Positions 27,501 through 32,000 of a stretch of 32,000 nt of DNA are shown piece by piece. The translations under genes and the position numbers were made by a program. A model generated the notes under the pieces. It did no database searches and was not told the origin of the DNA. It saw only the letters and a list, made by a program, of their open reading frames with translations. Source of the stretch: Geotalea uraniireducens Rf4 (GTDB taxonomy: Bacteria; Desulfobacterota; Desulfuromonadia; Geobacterales; Geobacteraceae); assembly GCF_000016745.1 (NCBI RefSeq), contig NC_009483.1, positions 660,001-692,000 of the forward strand, in the 5' to 3' direction. The stretch's first letter is position 1; every line of letters starts with the position of its first letter.

Positions 27501-28832
27501 CTTTACAGCAACACGGTACAGAAGGCAACTGCTGCGCCGGCTGTGCCAGGCGGGCTCGGGGGGGCGGCGACCGACAGCCAGGTCAGCCTGAGCTGGAATG
27601 ACAACACGGGCGATGAAGCGGGATTCAAGGTCGAGCGATGCGCTGACTCGGGATGTGCCTCTGCGGCAGAGATCGGAACGTCCGGCCCGAACGTGAACCT
27701 GTTCACCGACACCGGGCTTTCCCCGTCGACCAACTACTGCTACCGGGTAAGGGCATACAAGCCCCAGCCGTGCAACAGCGAGTGGAATTCCGGCTACAGC
27801 CCGGTCGCCTGCGTAGCCACCGGCGCTGCCCGGCCTTTCAACCTGACGGCCGTTGCCCTGAACTCCATGTCGGTAAGGCTCGACTGGAGCTCGGACGTTG
27901 CCGCCAATGAGGACGGCTTTGAAATAGAGCGCCAGGTGTGGGACGGCGAATGGCAGAAGTGGGGAAAGGTGGAGGCCAATGTCACCACCTTTACGGACAC
28001 GGTCGGCGTCGAGCCGCTGAAGAGGTACAGATACCGGGTGCGGGCGTTCAACAACAACGATTTCGGCGATTTTGACGCCGGCATCGATGCGACGAAGTGG
28101 GACCAGCGGGGTGTTGTTCTCGATAACGCCGGCGCCATCATCCTGGATGTGAAAACTCCACCTATCACCATAGTCGATGCAAACGGCACGGAGCAATTGA
28201 CCGCTGCCGACGGCAACGTCGAGTTCCTCACCTCGAGCCCGGGCGGGGGGGCGGCTGCCAAGTACAACTGGCTGCGGATGTCGTTGAAGAACCCCGCAGT
28301 GGTGAACGGCGATTTTGATCTGCAGATCGACTATCGTCTGCCGGACGGCCAGGTAAGCTCGGCCAACTACCATGTTTACGGGAGGTTGCAGGTCAACTTC
28401 CTTAATACTGCAGGCGGTTCCAATTATGCATATATCGAGCGCGCCATCGGCAACGGCGACAACAATTACGGCGTCGTGGCCGCAATCAACGGCGCTACGT
28501 CTTCTGCCGCCGTCATAACAGCGGACACCTCCGGCAAGCTGCGGATAACGAGAAAAGCGGACACTGTTTCTCTCTATGCCTGGACCGGCGGCAAATGGTC
28601 GCTCGTTCACGAAGTAACGGGTGCATCGGCCTCTGCCGCGACCTTTGTCGGTTTTACCCAGTACGTGCAGAGGATTGAAGCGGTCGGTCTCAGAACGGTC
28701 ATCGATAACTTTGCACTTTCACCGGCTCAATCAGAATACAGCAACACGGCTACCGTAACGTTCACCAATCCTGACGGCTCGACGATCTTCACGACACCGG
28801 CGTATGCTGCCGGCGACAACGTCTGTCGATAG
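15585..28832 (+). CDS. giant secreted multidomain protein (~4415 aa): 2 SBBP-type beta-propellers, ~14 FN3, 5 DUF2341, ~7 LamG/ConA-like jelly-roll domains
   Basis: One uninterrupted ORF. I prefer ATG 15585 (GGAGGT 6 nt upstream). Signal peptide ...MHCWLSLLLAFSLSVAISVPAFA/KGG. Blade repeats ..A.AV.VDS.NNVVVTGY....(N)DY.T.KY...G...W at ~15.72-17.25 and ~17.55-18.89 kb. FN3 signature L.WTDNT..ETGF.VERC...C seen 14 times. DUF2341 signature DFSDIRFYD....ELPYWIE.....A.VW.K......IYLYYGN near 19.57, 21.18, 22.5 (divergent), 24.67 and 26.71 kb. Laminin_G_3 signature GL.GYW.F.E...D.SG.GN...W.H.....DG....LY.NG......G.IDEVRIYNRAL...EI at ~19.75-20.41 and ~21.36-21.99 kb. FEFFDDF...DWDWV.VRK jelly rolls at ~22.69-23.28, 24.85-25.42 and 26.89-27.45 kb. 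Domain borders are approximate. Confidence 0.9.
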   Translation: MRHEAREMNLTIDAAVRGKLFPAMHCWLSLLLAFSLSVAISVPAFAKGGDVVWQTGDPRGGKQEAKSSGVDAAGNVIIAGYQNLSGTTDDDYLTVKLKSDGSGIAWRAAYNKSGGSDQATAVVVDSENNVVVTGYAWNGQNNDIHTIKYNGSTGSVIWEHTFDGAARGDDRATAIAVDNLNNVYVGGFSQNARVNEDYIIVKYGASGPNPDGTPLWHTTWNATADGTDKLASISVGVGCIAATGYSWNGADFDYLTIKFDLNGNKLWDMRHGSSVPAGLKEDQGKFTRIDPAGDVVITGYVSNTIDKDIYTAKYNGATGALVWERTYNGAYDDEPNGLFVDSRGDVYVTGYTWTIDAHNDYYTAKYAGTDGGLLWENTFNSSGSNDDITSATGIVVDEAGDVFVTGYSITAGNYDFQTLKYKKDNGTELWHSSFNGTAGKNDRPVGIGLDPLSGMVYVAGWSDMTASLDSGVATAASTNLTVESAKSWSADQWAGYHVMMTSGGNSGVSRHIAGNSATTLTLSTPFAKPVAAGDTYYLYDQEDLDYHLIKYDPGLLNRPTGLTAQTLSNSSVKLTWTDNTSSETGFNVYRKVGEFGAWERLLPPAPAPPTDPTVRAGVVTYDDTGLTANTYYYYQVTAYDGTESHPSDPAKALTVFVSYPLPAWSFVYNNPDNFDDFANAIAVGPDNNPVVTGQSLRTAGGFDYYTVKFRNSDKSLLWSDLYDSPDSALDIAMCVAVDGAGDAIVSGYSELFNGTSGNTPHIYTTKYPAAGPPALWHHQYIGSARIDDRAVAIASAVDSSNNSVVVGYGKNAAGNEDIYLIKYPSTPVLDGNNSATPAWTATPFDGGGDDFPNTVAFGKGGDIFVTGYSKNVATGNYDVFVAKYSGATGARIWTDTFEGPGLGDDRGAALATDAAGDFYVAGVAVNAAGNKDFFTIKYDGSSASVQRLWQPTFFDGAAHGDDEAVAVSIDPIDGAVVVAGTTLTAAGDHDFTIVRYTPAGQPLWSRTLQRPADDDYLKAMGTDNSGNIIVTGHTGDGVTTDSMTLKYDYEGTLIVATIYDGAAQGFDQSNAIAVNSLGEAYIAGYTTNVDGNADYLVYSLPAEPIQAPLPLTAAPKYTTVALSWQDYSTVEDGYHIQRKVGACSAANVWTQADLIKTTNPDATSYPDAGLTSGQTYCYRVQSFRTNGAESRWVEKQVTTAVPAAPGSVTATPDNTTQVTVNWSDNTGGETGFRVERCLDAGAGCDFTTRDTFVTAPDATTFTDSTACADKTYNYRVMAINRGLSFDGGGAWTRRAPLSIADFQPNVLTRMTIAYDGRTDLAGVPMKADFSDIRFYDETGRTELPYWIESKSDGVSANVWIMGGANNAVYLYYGNAGAAGASNVNNIFGSGLVGYWPFNESAGIPAAIADLSGRGNNAALNGFISPYGVVSAGKYGNGLSLDGSNDYLTVPDTTGSSLDITGSITVEMWYKYEQSQPWARIISKPTAGGPQPWDLYAIALNDNGNRQKPYFVISSTNTWNNLPTDNYVVMGPELVVGNWYHLVGRYNRATGRVSIIVDGIEYGATVTPITLAVSNDPLTMGTRGVYGGNAKGGVDEVRIYSRALTDEEIARDSRYAITVTVGTAEQEGAGYVFAGTFTGLISATAQAKTPSPGQPGPLTLSRVSEAQINLSWTDTTTDETGFRVERCKDASCVQTELPSHAGTGAMTLTDTGLEPNTTYSYSVRALKTGACGWDDAVSALVSETTTVNPPVVTSVTAVNTTRLDVAWTDDVVSNSGYRVERCAGTSATCGAQGASFSVIGGSTARNYSDTEACAGTDHTYRVCAVFNGLSGSGAPWSMRAPLTFDNNSFQPNFKTRLTVYYNAAMNPDFSDIRFYDAAADRELPYWIESKTDGVSANVWIKTGDNNAVYLYYGNRNATSASKLSGVFGSGLMGYWQFNEPAGIPAVISDLSGQGNNVVPTSFIAPYGVVAGGKYGNALSLSGAANHAKKDTVTLPTGNVATVEAWIFPTGYSPGNAYNGIVSWGPRSGTAVSLLLSIQDGGRPSMATWGNDFVPGSGPAATLNAWNHIAVVLDGKAVTLYMNGQPVSGAVSADILPSIQSKNLSIGSTDNPGRNFQGKIDEVRIYNRALSPQEIASSYAAVLPSASVNLGAAEPAPAIPQEWQGSCSLVTPQSAGKTPVPPKPTGLTLTWVSEAQLDLGWTDNANDESGYYVERMCTAGPGCTDTDFAPVPNGDLSPRTGTGAMTFSDKTGLRPNNIYAYRVRPYKNVVCGNIWDNAGGSLYSDVKSATTTVKDPSAIAATAAFGTSCNDIRLTDSDGSTSLSQWVQQLQCNTTGTRVWPKVPTIPVGDKTIYLYYGNSSAPSVDNGDTTFEFFDDFSGKKADGSPLSPPYIDPDKWTVNDLTGFSVSGGYLHGTNTTGRLTSKFLLSADKLMTLKAKTTSSATGGQIIGGVYLSATDHLGFLNRPADGGYQLNGSQVLSVATPAPAHNLGYTLNYTSPSTVNMQAYDWDTGAWYLSPLTVSATIAGKPVVLGRQYVTDGANGQAYLTDWDWVLVRKVANPAPTAALGQKEYGSFNVGGDTFSVRKPITITHSATGAAPLTDYQLLFPTVDTTSLATDRITIGWVDNTATESGFTIERCTAGPAGSADCTSWDRTIPVAPNATSYADTNLPLATKYCYQIRVDIPDVVTTFSAPVCATTSVPTPPFNLTVSVNGTRVDLAWSDTTPGVPDGYMVERCSDTGSGCVFSGSDPSFTTFTVDRASKAFIDPSACSGIYNYRVKSVKPWISGWPADYTNVVTASLTIPPKPTGVTASRSSESQINLTWTDNTTDETGYRVERKCVSGPPSSPCPDSDFHQVGQDLPANPGTGAMSFNDFGLTPDTTYLYQVTSFKSAGCSWLAVSDPSADETTTLTNPANLTATAINTTQINLSWSDTTSGESGFVVERCTDDACTTPTILTPPAGVNATNYADTTVCNALTPYYYRVKAFKSANLSSAGGGAWTRRALLAITGFQPNYQMKLTIRSADYPGMQPDFRDVRFYDATTGSELSYWIEGVSAGTAVIWVKTAANSAIYLYYGNTAAADASSAASTFEFFDDFSGTNIDASRWNVVDPTGFTVSGGSLHGTSTSGRLTSKATFAAGITLDIKARTTAVAVNGQAIGGFYLSAANHIGWMADQSTSKLYAVKNGSIYRNTNSSTANLLYTLTVKSASTSSQQLYNLDSSSPDQYLGTGVDTSFTFASSPIVLGRSYKDDLHNGQAYATDWDWIRVRKYAAVEPAVTVGAVESSAGYSFVNTWYGDTPYSATAFATTSTVVPPGGLSATRASEAQINLSWTDNANDETGFKVERCTGATCDFTTLDVGFPVELGANAISYSDPLLVPDTPYRYRVRAYKTAFCNGGWTSDPSNVSGDVTTGIAPASLTATPFNTTQMDISWSDTTQAEKGFIVERCEGSDCNFTQIGSVGPHKVNLLALYTFNNNLNDSSGNGLNLTGPAPVYDEGGLLMTTGTVYQSPVTSILDTDDHTIEFDIKIRSTNAGWTRIFSYTPAGTDRSPGLWLADGNRALLHWRYDPANKGVDYLGVNGNNGTPFTLGAWYHVRGVKTGRYFKVYVDGTLVVDMIVSNPKTAGPSALYFGGADVSIRNFTVSSSTEVVYSDTTACNAVPYSYRVRAVNGGLAADGGGCWKNRALLAIGGFQPNHQTRVTIAYNAAMNADFSDIRFYDATSRSELPYWIEKKTDGASATVWFKSGMNNNIYLYYGNGSALPAADGAAVFEFFDDFAGTVVDSGKWKIIDGTGFSVSGGYLHGTNSTGRLTSAKPYASGVVLDVKAKTTLTAPSGQTVGGLVLLPDLYNYMGFANAAGAVTYTYNTNSGPLPAANMLYTIKVKDSQTTNLQVDNWDTGTPFWVIGNVSKAITGHNIVLGRRVDTTFNLDHLNEPYVTDWDWVRVRRYAAAEPTVSVGDRETSSCYAFDGSWPVPLYSNTVQKATAAPAVPGGLGGAATDSQVSLSWNDNTGDEAGFKVERCADSGCASAAEIGTSGPNVNLFTDTGLSPSTNYCYRVRAYKPQPCNSEWNSGYSPVACVATGAARPFNLTAVALNSMSVRLDWSSDVAANEDGFEIERQVWDGEWQKWGKVEANVTTFTDTVGVEPLKRYRYRVRAFNNNDFGDFDAGIDATKWDQRGVVLDNAGAIILDVKTPPITIVDANGTEQLTAADGNVEFLTSSPGGGAAAKYNWLRMSLKNPAVVNGDFDLQIDYRLPDGQVSSANYHVYGRLQVNFLNTAGGSNYAYIERAIGNGDNNYGVVAAINGATSSAAVITADTSGKLRITRKADTVSLYAWTGGKWSLVHEVTGASASAATFVGFTQYVQRIEAVGLRTVIDNFALSPAQSEYSNTATVTFTNPDGSTIFTTPAYAAGDNVCR
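19430..27450 (+). repeat. intragenic module repeats (FN3-FN3-DUF2341-jelly roll) within the giant gene, recognisable at DNA level
   Basis: For example, 19566-19706 versus 21183-21323 match at about 112/141 nt by hand alignment, including a 26-nt identical run AACGCCGTTTACCTCTATTACGGCAA. A third, more diverged copy starts at 26709. Confidence 0.8.
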
Positions 28833-28896
28833 GGTGAAGGGGGAAGGTTCCCGAAAACAGACGGATTGAAGGGGATGGGGCGTTGGACGGCGTGAC

Positions 28897-28934
28897 GGCA
28901 GGACATGCTCGCAAGAGATGTCCTGCCTTTTTTT
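28897..28934 (+). terminator. rho-independent terminator of the cytochrome/giant-protein operon
   Basis: Perfect 10-bp stem GGCAGGACAT (28897-28906) with ATGTCCTGCC (28918-28927), an 11-nt loop, then T7 (28928-34). It lies 65 nt after the stop codon. Confidence 0.9.
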
Positions 28935-29002
28935 ATCATACGATTCGCGCAAGTTGTGGTAATGTTTCATTGTCAAATATTTAACCTGAAAACGGCAGTT
29001 AG

Positions 29003-29155
29003 GCACGGATTACCAGAAGTAGGCGCCTCCAGGCGACACGGATTTGGACGGATTGACACGGATAAACCAAGGAGATTTCCGATAACACTTTGGGTCTTGG
29101 TTCTCGGTCTTTTTAATCCGTAAAATCCGTACAAATCAGATTTGATCCGTGTGCA
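29003..29155. repeat. phased ACGGAT / ATCCGT hexamer array with overall dyad symmetry (function unknown)
   Basis: Forward copies: CACGGAT 29004-29010, CACGGAT 29037-29043, GACGGAT 29047-29053 and CACGGAT 29057-29063; the last three are spaced exactly 10 bp apart. Central hairpin AACCAAG (29066-29072) with CTTGGTT (29097-29103). Reverse copies ATCCGT at 29116-29121, 29125-29130 and 29145-29150 (ATCCGTGTG). Confidence 0.7.
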
Positions 29156-29186
29156 ATGCTTTTTCCAGGTTTAAGGATGCTGAAGA

Positions 29187-31196
29187 GTGAAATGCCTTGC
29201 CGGATATGTGATGGGCGTCATCGTTTTCGCCCTGCTGTCGCTTTTCCCGCTGCTGTCTCTGGCCGCAGAGGTGGAGGGCGTGGTGTTGTGCGACAATGGA
29301 CCGGTCGATGATCCCCGGGTTCTCGCTTACGGCACGTTGCAGGAGAGCGCCGGTGGGACGCCCCTCTATCGCTCCGTTGCCGACGAGAAGCCGGGTTACT
29401 TCAGGCTTGAACTCCCCCCGGGAAAATACTACCTGACGGCTGCGGGAACCTTTCATGGTGCGGAATATTTTTCGTTTCACGGTGCAAACCCGGTCATCGT
29501 GAACGATGAAAAACTCTGGATTCCCTTTACTGTAACGCCGCGGACAAACGCGTCGGTCAAGGCTGCGGACTCGACAAAGCTTGGCGGCACGGTTACCTTC
29601 AAGGGTAAGCCGGTCGCCGATGCCCAGGTATCTCTCTATGCCGCCTCTGAAGGGCAGTTCAAGGGAATGGGGCTTCTGACCCGGACTACCGGAGAAAACG
29701 GCGCGTTCAGCTTTGCTCCCGAAGCGGGTGATTACGTGGTTGTGGCGAGAAAGAGGGTGGCGGCAAAGGGGGAGATGCCGCTCAAAAAGGGGGATCTCTT
29801 CTGTTACTATGCAGGTAATCCCCTGTCTGTTGCGGCCGGCAAAGAAACGAACATAGAAATCCCCTGCCATCCGAAGGATGACCTACAGGCCTTTCTTGAG
29901 GATTGGAGCCGGGTCAAAAGGGTCAACGCCGGTCTTGCCAGGTTCAGGGACAAGGCGTCGGAAGAGGCCGAACCGTTCAGCATCGCGGGGAGGGTCACCG
30001 ATCTGCACGGCAAACCGGTGGCGGGCCTTTATGTGACGGCCTACCAGGGGGAGCCCGGCCGGATCTTCCAGATGCATTTTCTCCGTCTGAAGTCCGATTA
30101 CATGGCCCGCACCGACAAAAATGGCCGCTACACCATCGGCGTCAAGGAAAAAGGAATCTATTACCTTGTTGCCCGGGAACTTGGCGGAGAATCACCGCTG
30201 AAAGGGGAGTTGTACGGCCTCTATGAAGGGAATGTCGACCATGCTGTCACCGTTGAACAGCCGCTCGTCAACGCGGACATCGCGGTCGGCAGGGTCATGG
30301 CCGAGGCTCCCCGTAAACCGGTCCCCGGCGCAAGTCACCACCAGCGGTACAAGACGCTGCGGCTCGGCGACACGGTTGTCGAGCAGGACACCGAATGGAG
30401 CGGCCGGATCGAGATTTCCGGGCGGGTGGTGGTGAAACGGGGAGTGACGCTTACGGTCAGGCCGGGGACCGTAGTGAGCTTCAGGCGGATCGACCGGAAC
30501 AATGACGGCATAGGCGACGGCGAGATCCGGGTGCTCGGCCGGATCGTCGCCAAAGGGACCCCCGGCCGCAGGATCCGCTTCACTTCGGCGGAACGGGTTC
30601 CCCGCAAGGAAGACTGGTCCTATCTGCTCCTCTTTACATCGGGCGCGGAGAACATCATCGAGCAGTGCATTTTTGAATATGCCTTCACCGGCCTCCAGGC
30701 GCACTTTTCACGGGCTGTCATACGGGATTCGCTCTTTCTGAAAAACCGGGAGGGGCTCCGCTTCGGCAGGGCCGAACTGCTCATCGAGCATAACGACATC
30801 ATGGGCAACACCTACGGCATCAGGCATACGAGGCTTGAAGGGCCGGTAACGATAGCCCGCAACAGGATCAGCGGGAATGAGGTTGGGATATTCTTCGTGC
30901 CGTCCAACCAGAACATGGTGAACTTCTCTCCGCAGAGGTACGCGGTTGACCCGCAGCTGGAGATGCTCCCCCTCGTCGAACAGAACAACATCGACAGAAA
31001 CAGCAGGTACAACTACCAGCTCGGTGAACGGCAGGGGTATGACGTCTCCTTCGGGAGAAACTGGTGGGGTACGATAGCAGAGTCGGATATTTATGCTAAG
31101 CTGTATGACAAAAAGAACGATGACTCTTTGGGCAAGGTCAACGTGAGACCGTATCTGAAGGCCCCTGTGCGCGGCGCGGGGGCAAGGGGGAGATGA
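29187..31196 (+). CDS. secreted protein with N-terminal carboxypeptidase-regulatory-like (CarboxypepD_reg) domains and C-terminal NosD-like right-handed parallel beta-helix
   Basis: 669 aa. Signal VIVFALLSLFPLLSLAAE. CarboxypepD_reg-like units: GTVTFKGKPVADAQVSLYAA...TGENGAFSFAPEAGDYVVVA and IAGRVTDLHGKPVAGLYVTAY...TDKNGRYTIGVKEKGIYYLVA. Beta-helix rungs: IEQCIFEYAFTGL, IRDSLFLKNREGL, IEHNDIMGNTYGI, IARNRISGNEVGIFF. The tail RNWWGT...IYAKLYDKKNDDSLGKVNVRPYL is typical of this class. The start is uncertain (GTG 29187 or ATG 29211). Confidence 0.8.
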   Translation: MKCLAGYVMGVIVFALLSLFPLLSLAAEVEGVVLCDNGPVDDPRVLAYGTLQESAGGTPLYRSVADEKPGYFRLELPPGKYYLTAAGTFHGAEYFSFHGANPVIVNDEKLWIPFTVTPRTNASVKAADSTKLGGTVTFKGKPVADAQVSLYAASEGQFKGMGLLTRTTGENGAFSFAPEAGDYVVVARKRVAAKGEMPLKKGDLFCYYAGNPLSVAAGKETNIEIPCHPKDDLQAFLEDWSRVKRVNAGLARFRDKASEEAEPFSIAGRVTDLHGKPVAGLYVTAYQGEPGRIFQMHFLRLKSDYMARTDKNGRYTIGVKEKGIYYLVARELGGESPLKGELYGLYEGNVDHAVTVEQPLVNADIAVGRVMAEAPRKPVPGASHHQRYKTLRLGDTVVEQDTEWSGRIEISGRVVVKRGVTLTVRPGTVVSFRRIDRNNDGIGDGEIRVLGRIVAKGTPGRRIRFTSAERVPRKEDWSYLLLFTSGAENIIEQCIFEYAFTGLQAHFSRAVIRDSLFLKNREGLRFGRAELLIEHNDIMGNTYGIRHTRLEGPVTIARNRISGNEVGIFFVPSNQNMVNFSPQRYAVDPQLEMLPLVEQNNIDRNSRYNYQLGERQGYDVSFGRNWWGTIAESDIYAKLYDKKNDDSLGKVNVRPYLKAPVRGAGARGR

Positions 31197-31197
31197 A

Positions 31198-31992
31198 ATG
31201 GGGCAAGCGAGAATATTTGCACTGTTCCTGCTGATCTTTTTTATGGCAGCAACCGCCGGGGCGGCGGAACAGAAGACGGGTTTTCTTTCCGGGCGGCTGA
31301 TGATAAAAAATGGCGGACCTCTTGCCGACGGTATGGCATTTTTGTTTAATCATGCGGCCGGGCCGCCACCCTCGCCGGAAAAATACTGGCGGGTCCCCGA
31401 TGAGATAGTTCCCATAGACAAAGATGGGAGATTCAAGGCCGAACTCCTTGAAGGGAAATATTACCTCGGGGCGATAAAGAGGCTTGCAGGTAAAGAGATC
31501 GGCCCGCCGCAGGAAGGCGATTTTTTCCTCATCAGCAGGGACACCAGTGGCGAACCGAAGACGTACCTTGTTAACAAGGGGGGGGAGACGGACGTCGGCA
31601 CCATTGCCGAGGCGGCCCCCTTCAAGCGGGCGACGCTCAAACTGAAAGAGGGGATTACAGCCATTGAAGGGACCGTTGTCGGTCCGACAGGAAAGCCGAT
31701 TGATGGGGCGCTGGTCTTTGCTTTCCTGACACCGTCAATGGTGGGTAAGCCCGTTTTTGTTTCGGAGAGAACGGACAAGGACGGGAAATTCCTGCTCAGG
31801 GTGTTCGGCAGTGACCATTACTACCTGAAGACGAGGGACGTTTACGGCGGCGGCCCTCCCAAGGTCGGGTCGGTGATCGGCAGCTACGGCGAGGATGCGC
31901 CGATCGCAGTGAACGTAAAAGCCGGGGAAATCAAGAAGGGAATCGAGATCAAGGTGGTAAGGTTCACCGGCCAGGGGCCAAAGCAGAAATAA
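31198..31992 (+). CDS. secreted protein with two carboxypeptidase-regulatory-like domains
   Basis: 264 aa. Signal RIFALFLLIFFMAATAGAAE. LSGRLMIKNGGPLADGMAFLF...DKDGRFKAELLEGKYYLGA and IEGTVVGPTGKPIDGALVFAF...TDKDGKFLLRVFGSDHYYLKT. The ATG is 1 nt after the upstream stop codon, suggesting translational coupling. It resembles the N-terminal half of the upstream protein. Confidence 0.8.
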   Translation: MGQARIFALFLLIFFMAATAGAAEQKTGFLSGRLMIKNGGPLADGMAFLFNHAAGPPPSPEKYWRVPDEIVPIDKDGRFKAELLEGKYYLGAIKRLAGKEIGPPQEGDFFLISRDTSGEPKTYLVNKGGETDVGTIAEAAPFKRATLKLKEGITAIEGTVVGPTGKPIDGALVFAFLTPSMVGKPVFVSERTDKDGKFLLRVFGSDHYYLKTRDVYGGGPPKVGSVIGSYGEDAPIAVNVKAGEIKKGIEIKVVRFTGQGPKQK

Positions 31993-32000
31993 CCCTAGAA

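Noticed and set aside
15585-28832. Periodic repeats in the giant gene considered as a CRISPR array or satellite.
   Set aside because: The repeat units are hundreds of bp, diverged, in one continuous reading frame, and correspond to protein domains. There is no short-repeat/spacer organisation anywhere in the window.
28905-29123. 72-aa forward ORF and the 244-aa reverse ORF 29136-29870 around the repeat array.
   Set aside because: The first begins inside the terminator hairpin and translates the ACGGAT array. The second is antisense to the 669-aa secreted protein gene and lacks motifs.

Overview
This looks like a GC-rich, Geobacter-like (Desulfuromonadales) chromosome; the taxon is inferred only from gene content. 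The window has three parts.

(1) About 1-6500 is a visibly AT-richer accessory patch. A partial IS21 element has inserted into an IS91-family transposase gene. Next comes what I read as an integron gene-cassette array with three attC sites (RYYYAAC...GTTRRRY). Its cassettes carry a small lipoprotein gene split by an intact ISL3 element (8-bp target duplication), a BrnT-like toxin/RHH antitoxin pair and a DUF3795 Cys-rich protein. After these lie a decayed DUF4062/HATPase_c_4 gene and a small HTH ORF. No intI is in the window.

(2) 6500-10160 holds ordinary small genes: a DCC thiol-disulfide oxidoreductase, an ABM monooxygenase, a PhnA-like zinc-ribbon protein, and convergent rmuC plus an alpha/beta hydrolase.

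(3) 10200-32000 starts with an AT-rich control region. It is followed by a 1672-aa secreted multiheme cytochrome (29 CxxCH and 6 CxxxxCH motifs by hand count). 56 nt downstream starts a roughly 4415-aa secreted giant protein built of two beta-propellers, about 14 FN3 domains, 5 DUF2341 modules and about 7 LamG/ConA-like jelly rolls. A strong terminator follows, then a phased ACGGAT repeat array, then two secreted CarboxypepD_reg-type proteins, one with a NosD-like beta-helix.

No rRNA, tRNA or CRISPR array was seen. The two most interesting items are the cytochrome + giant surface-protein operon and the IS-riddled cassette array.
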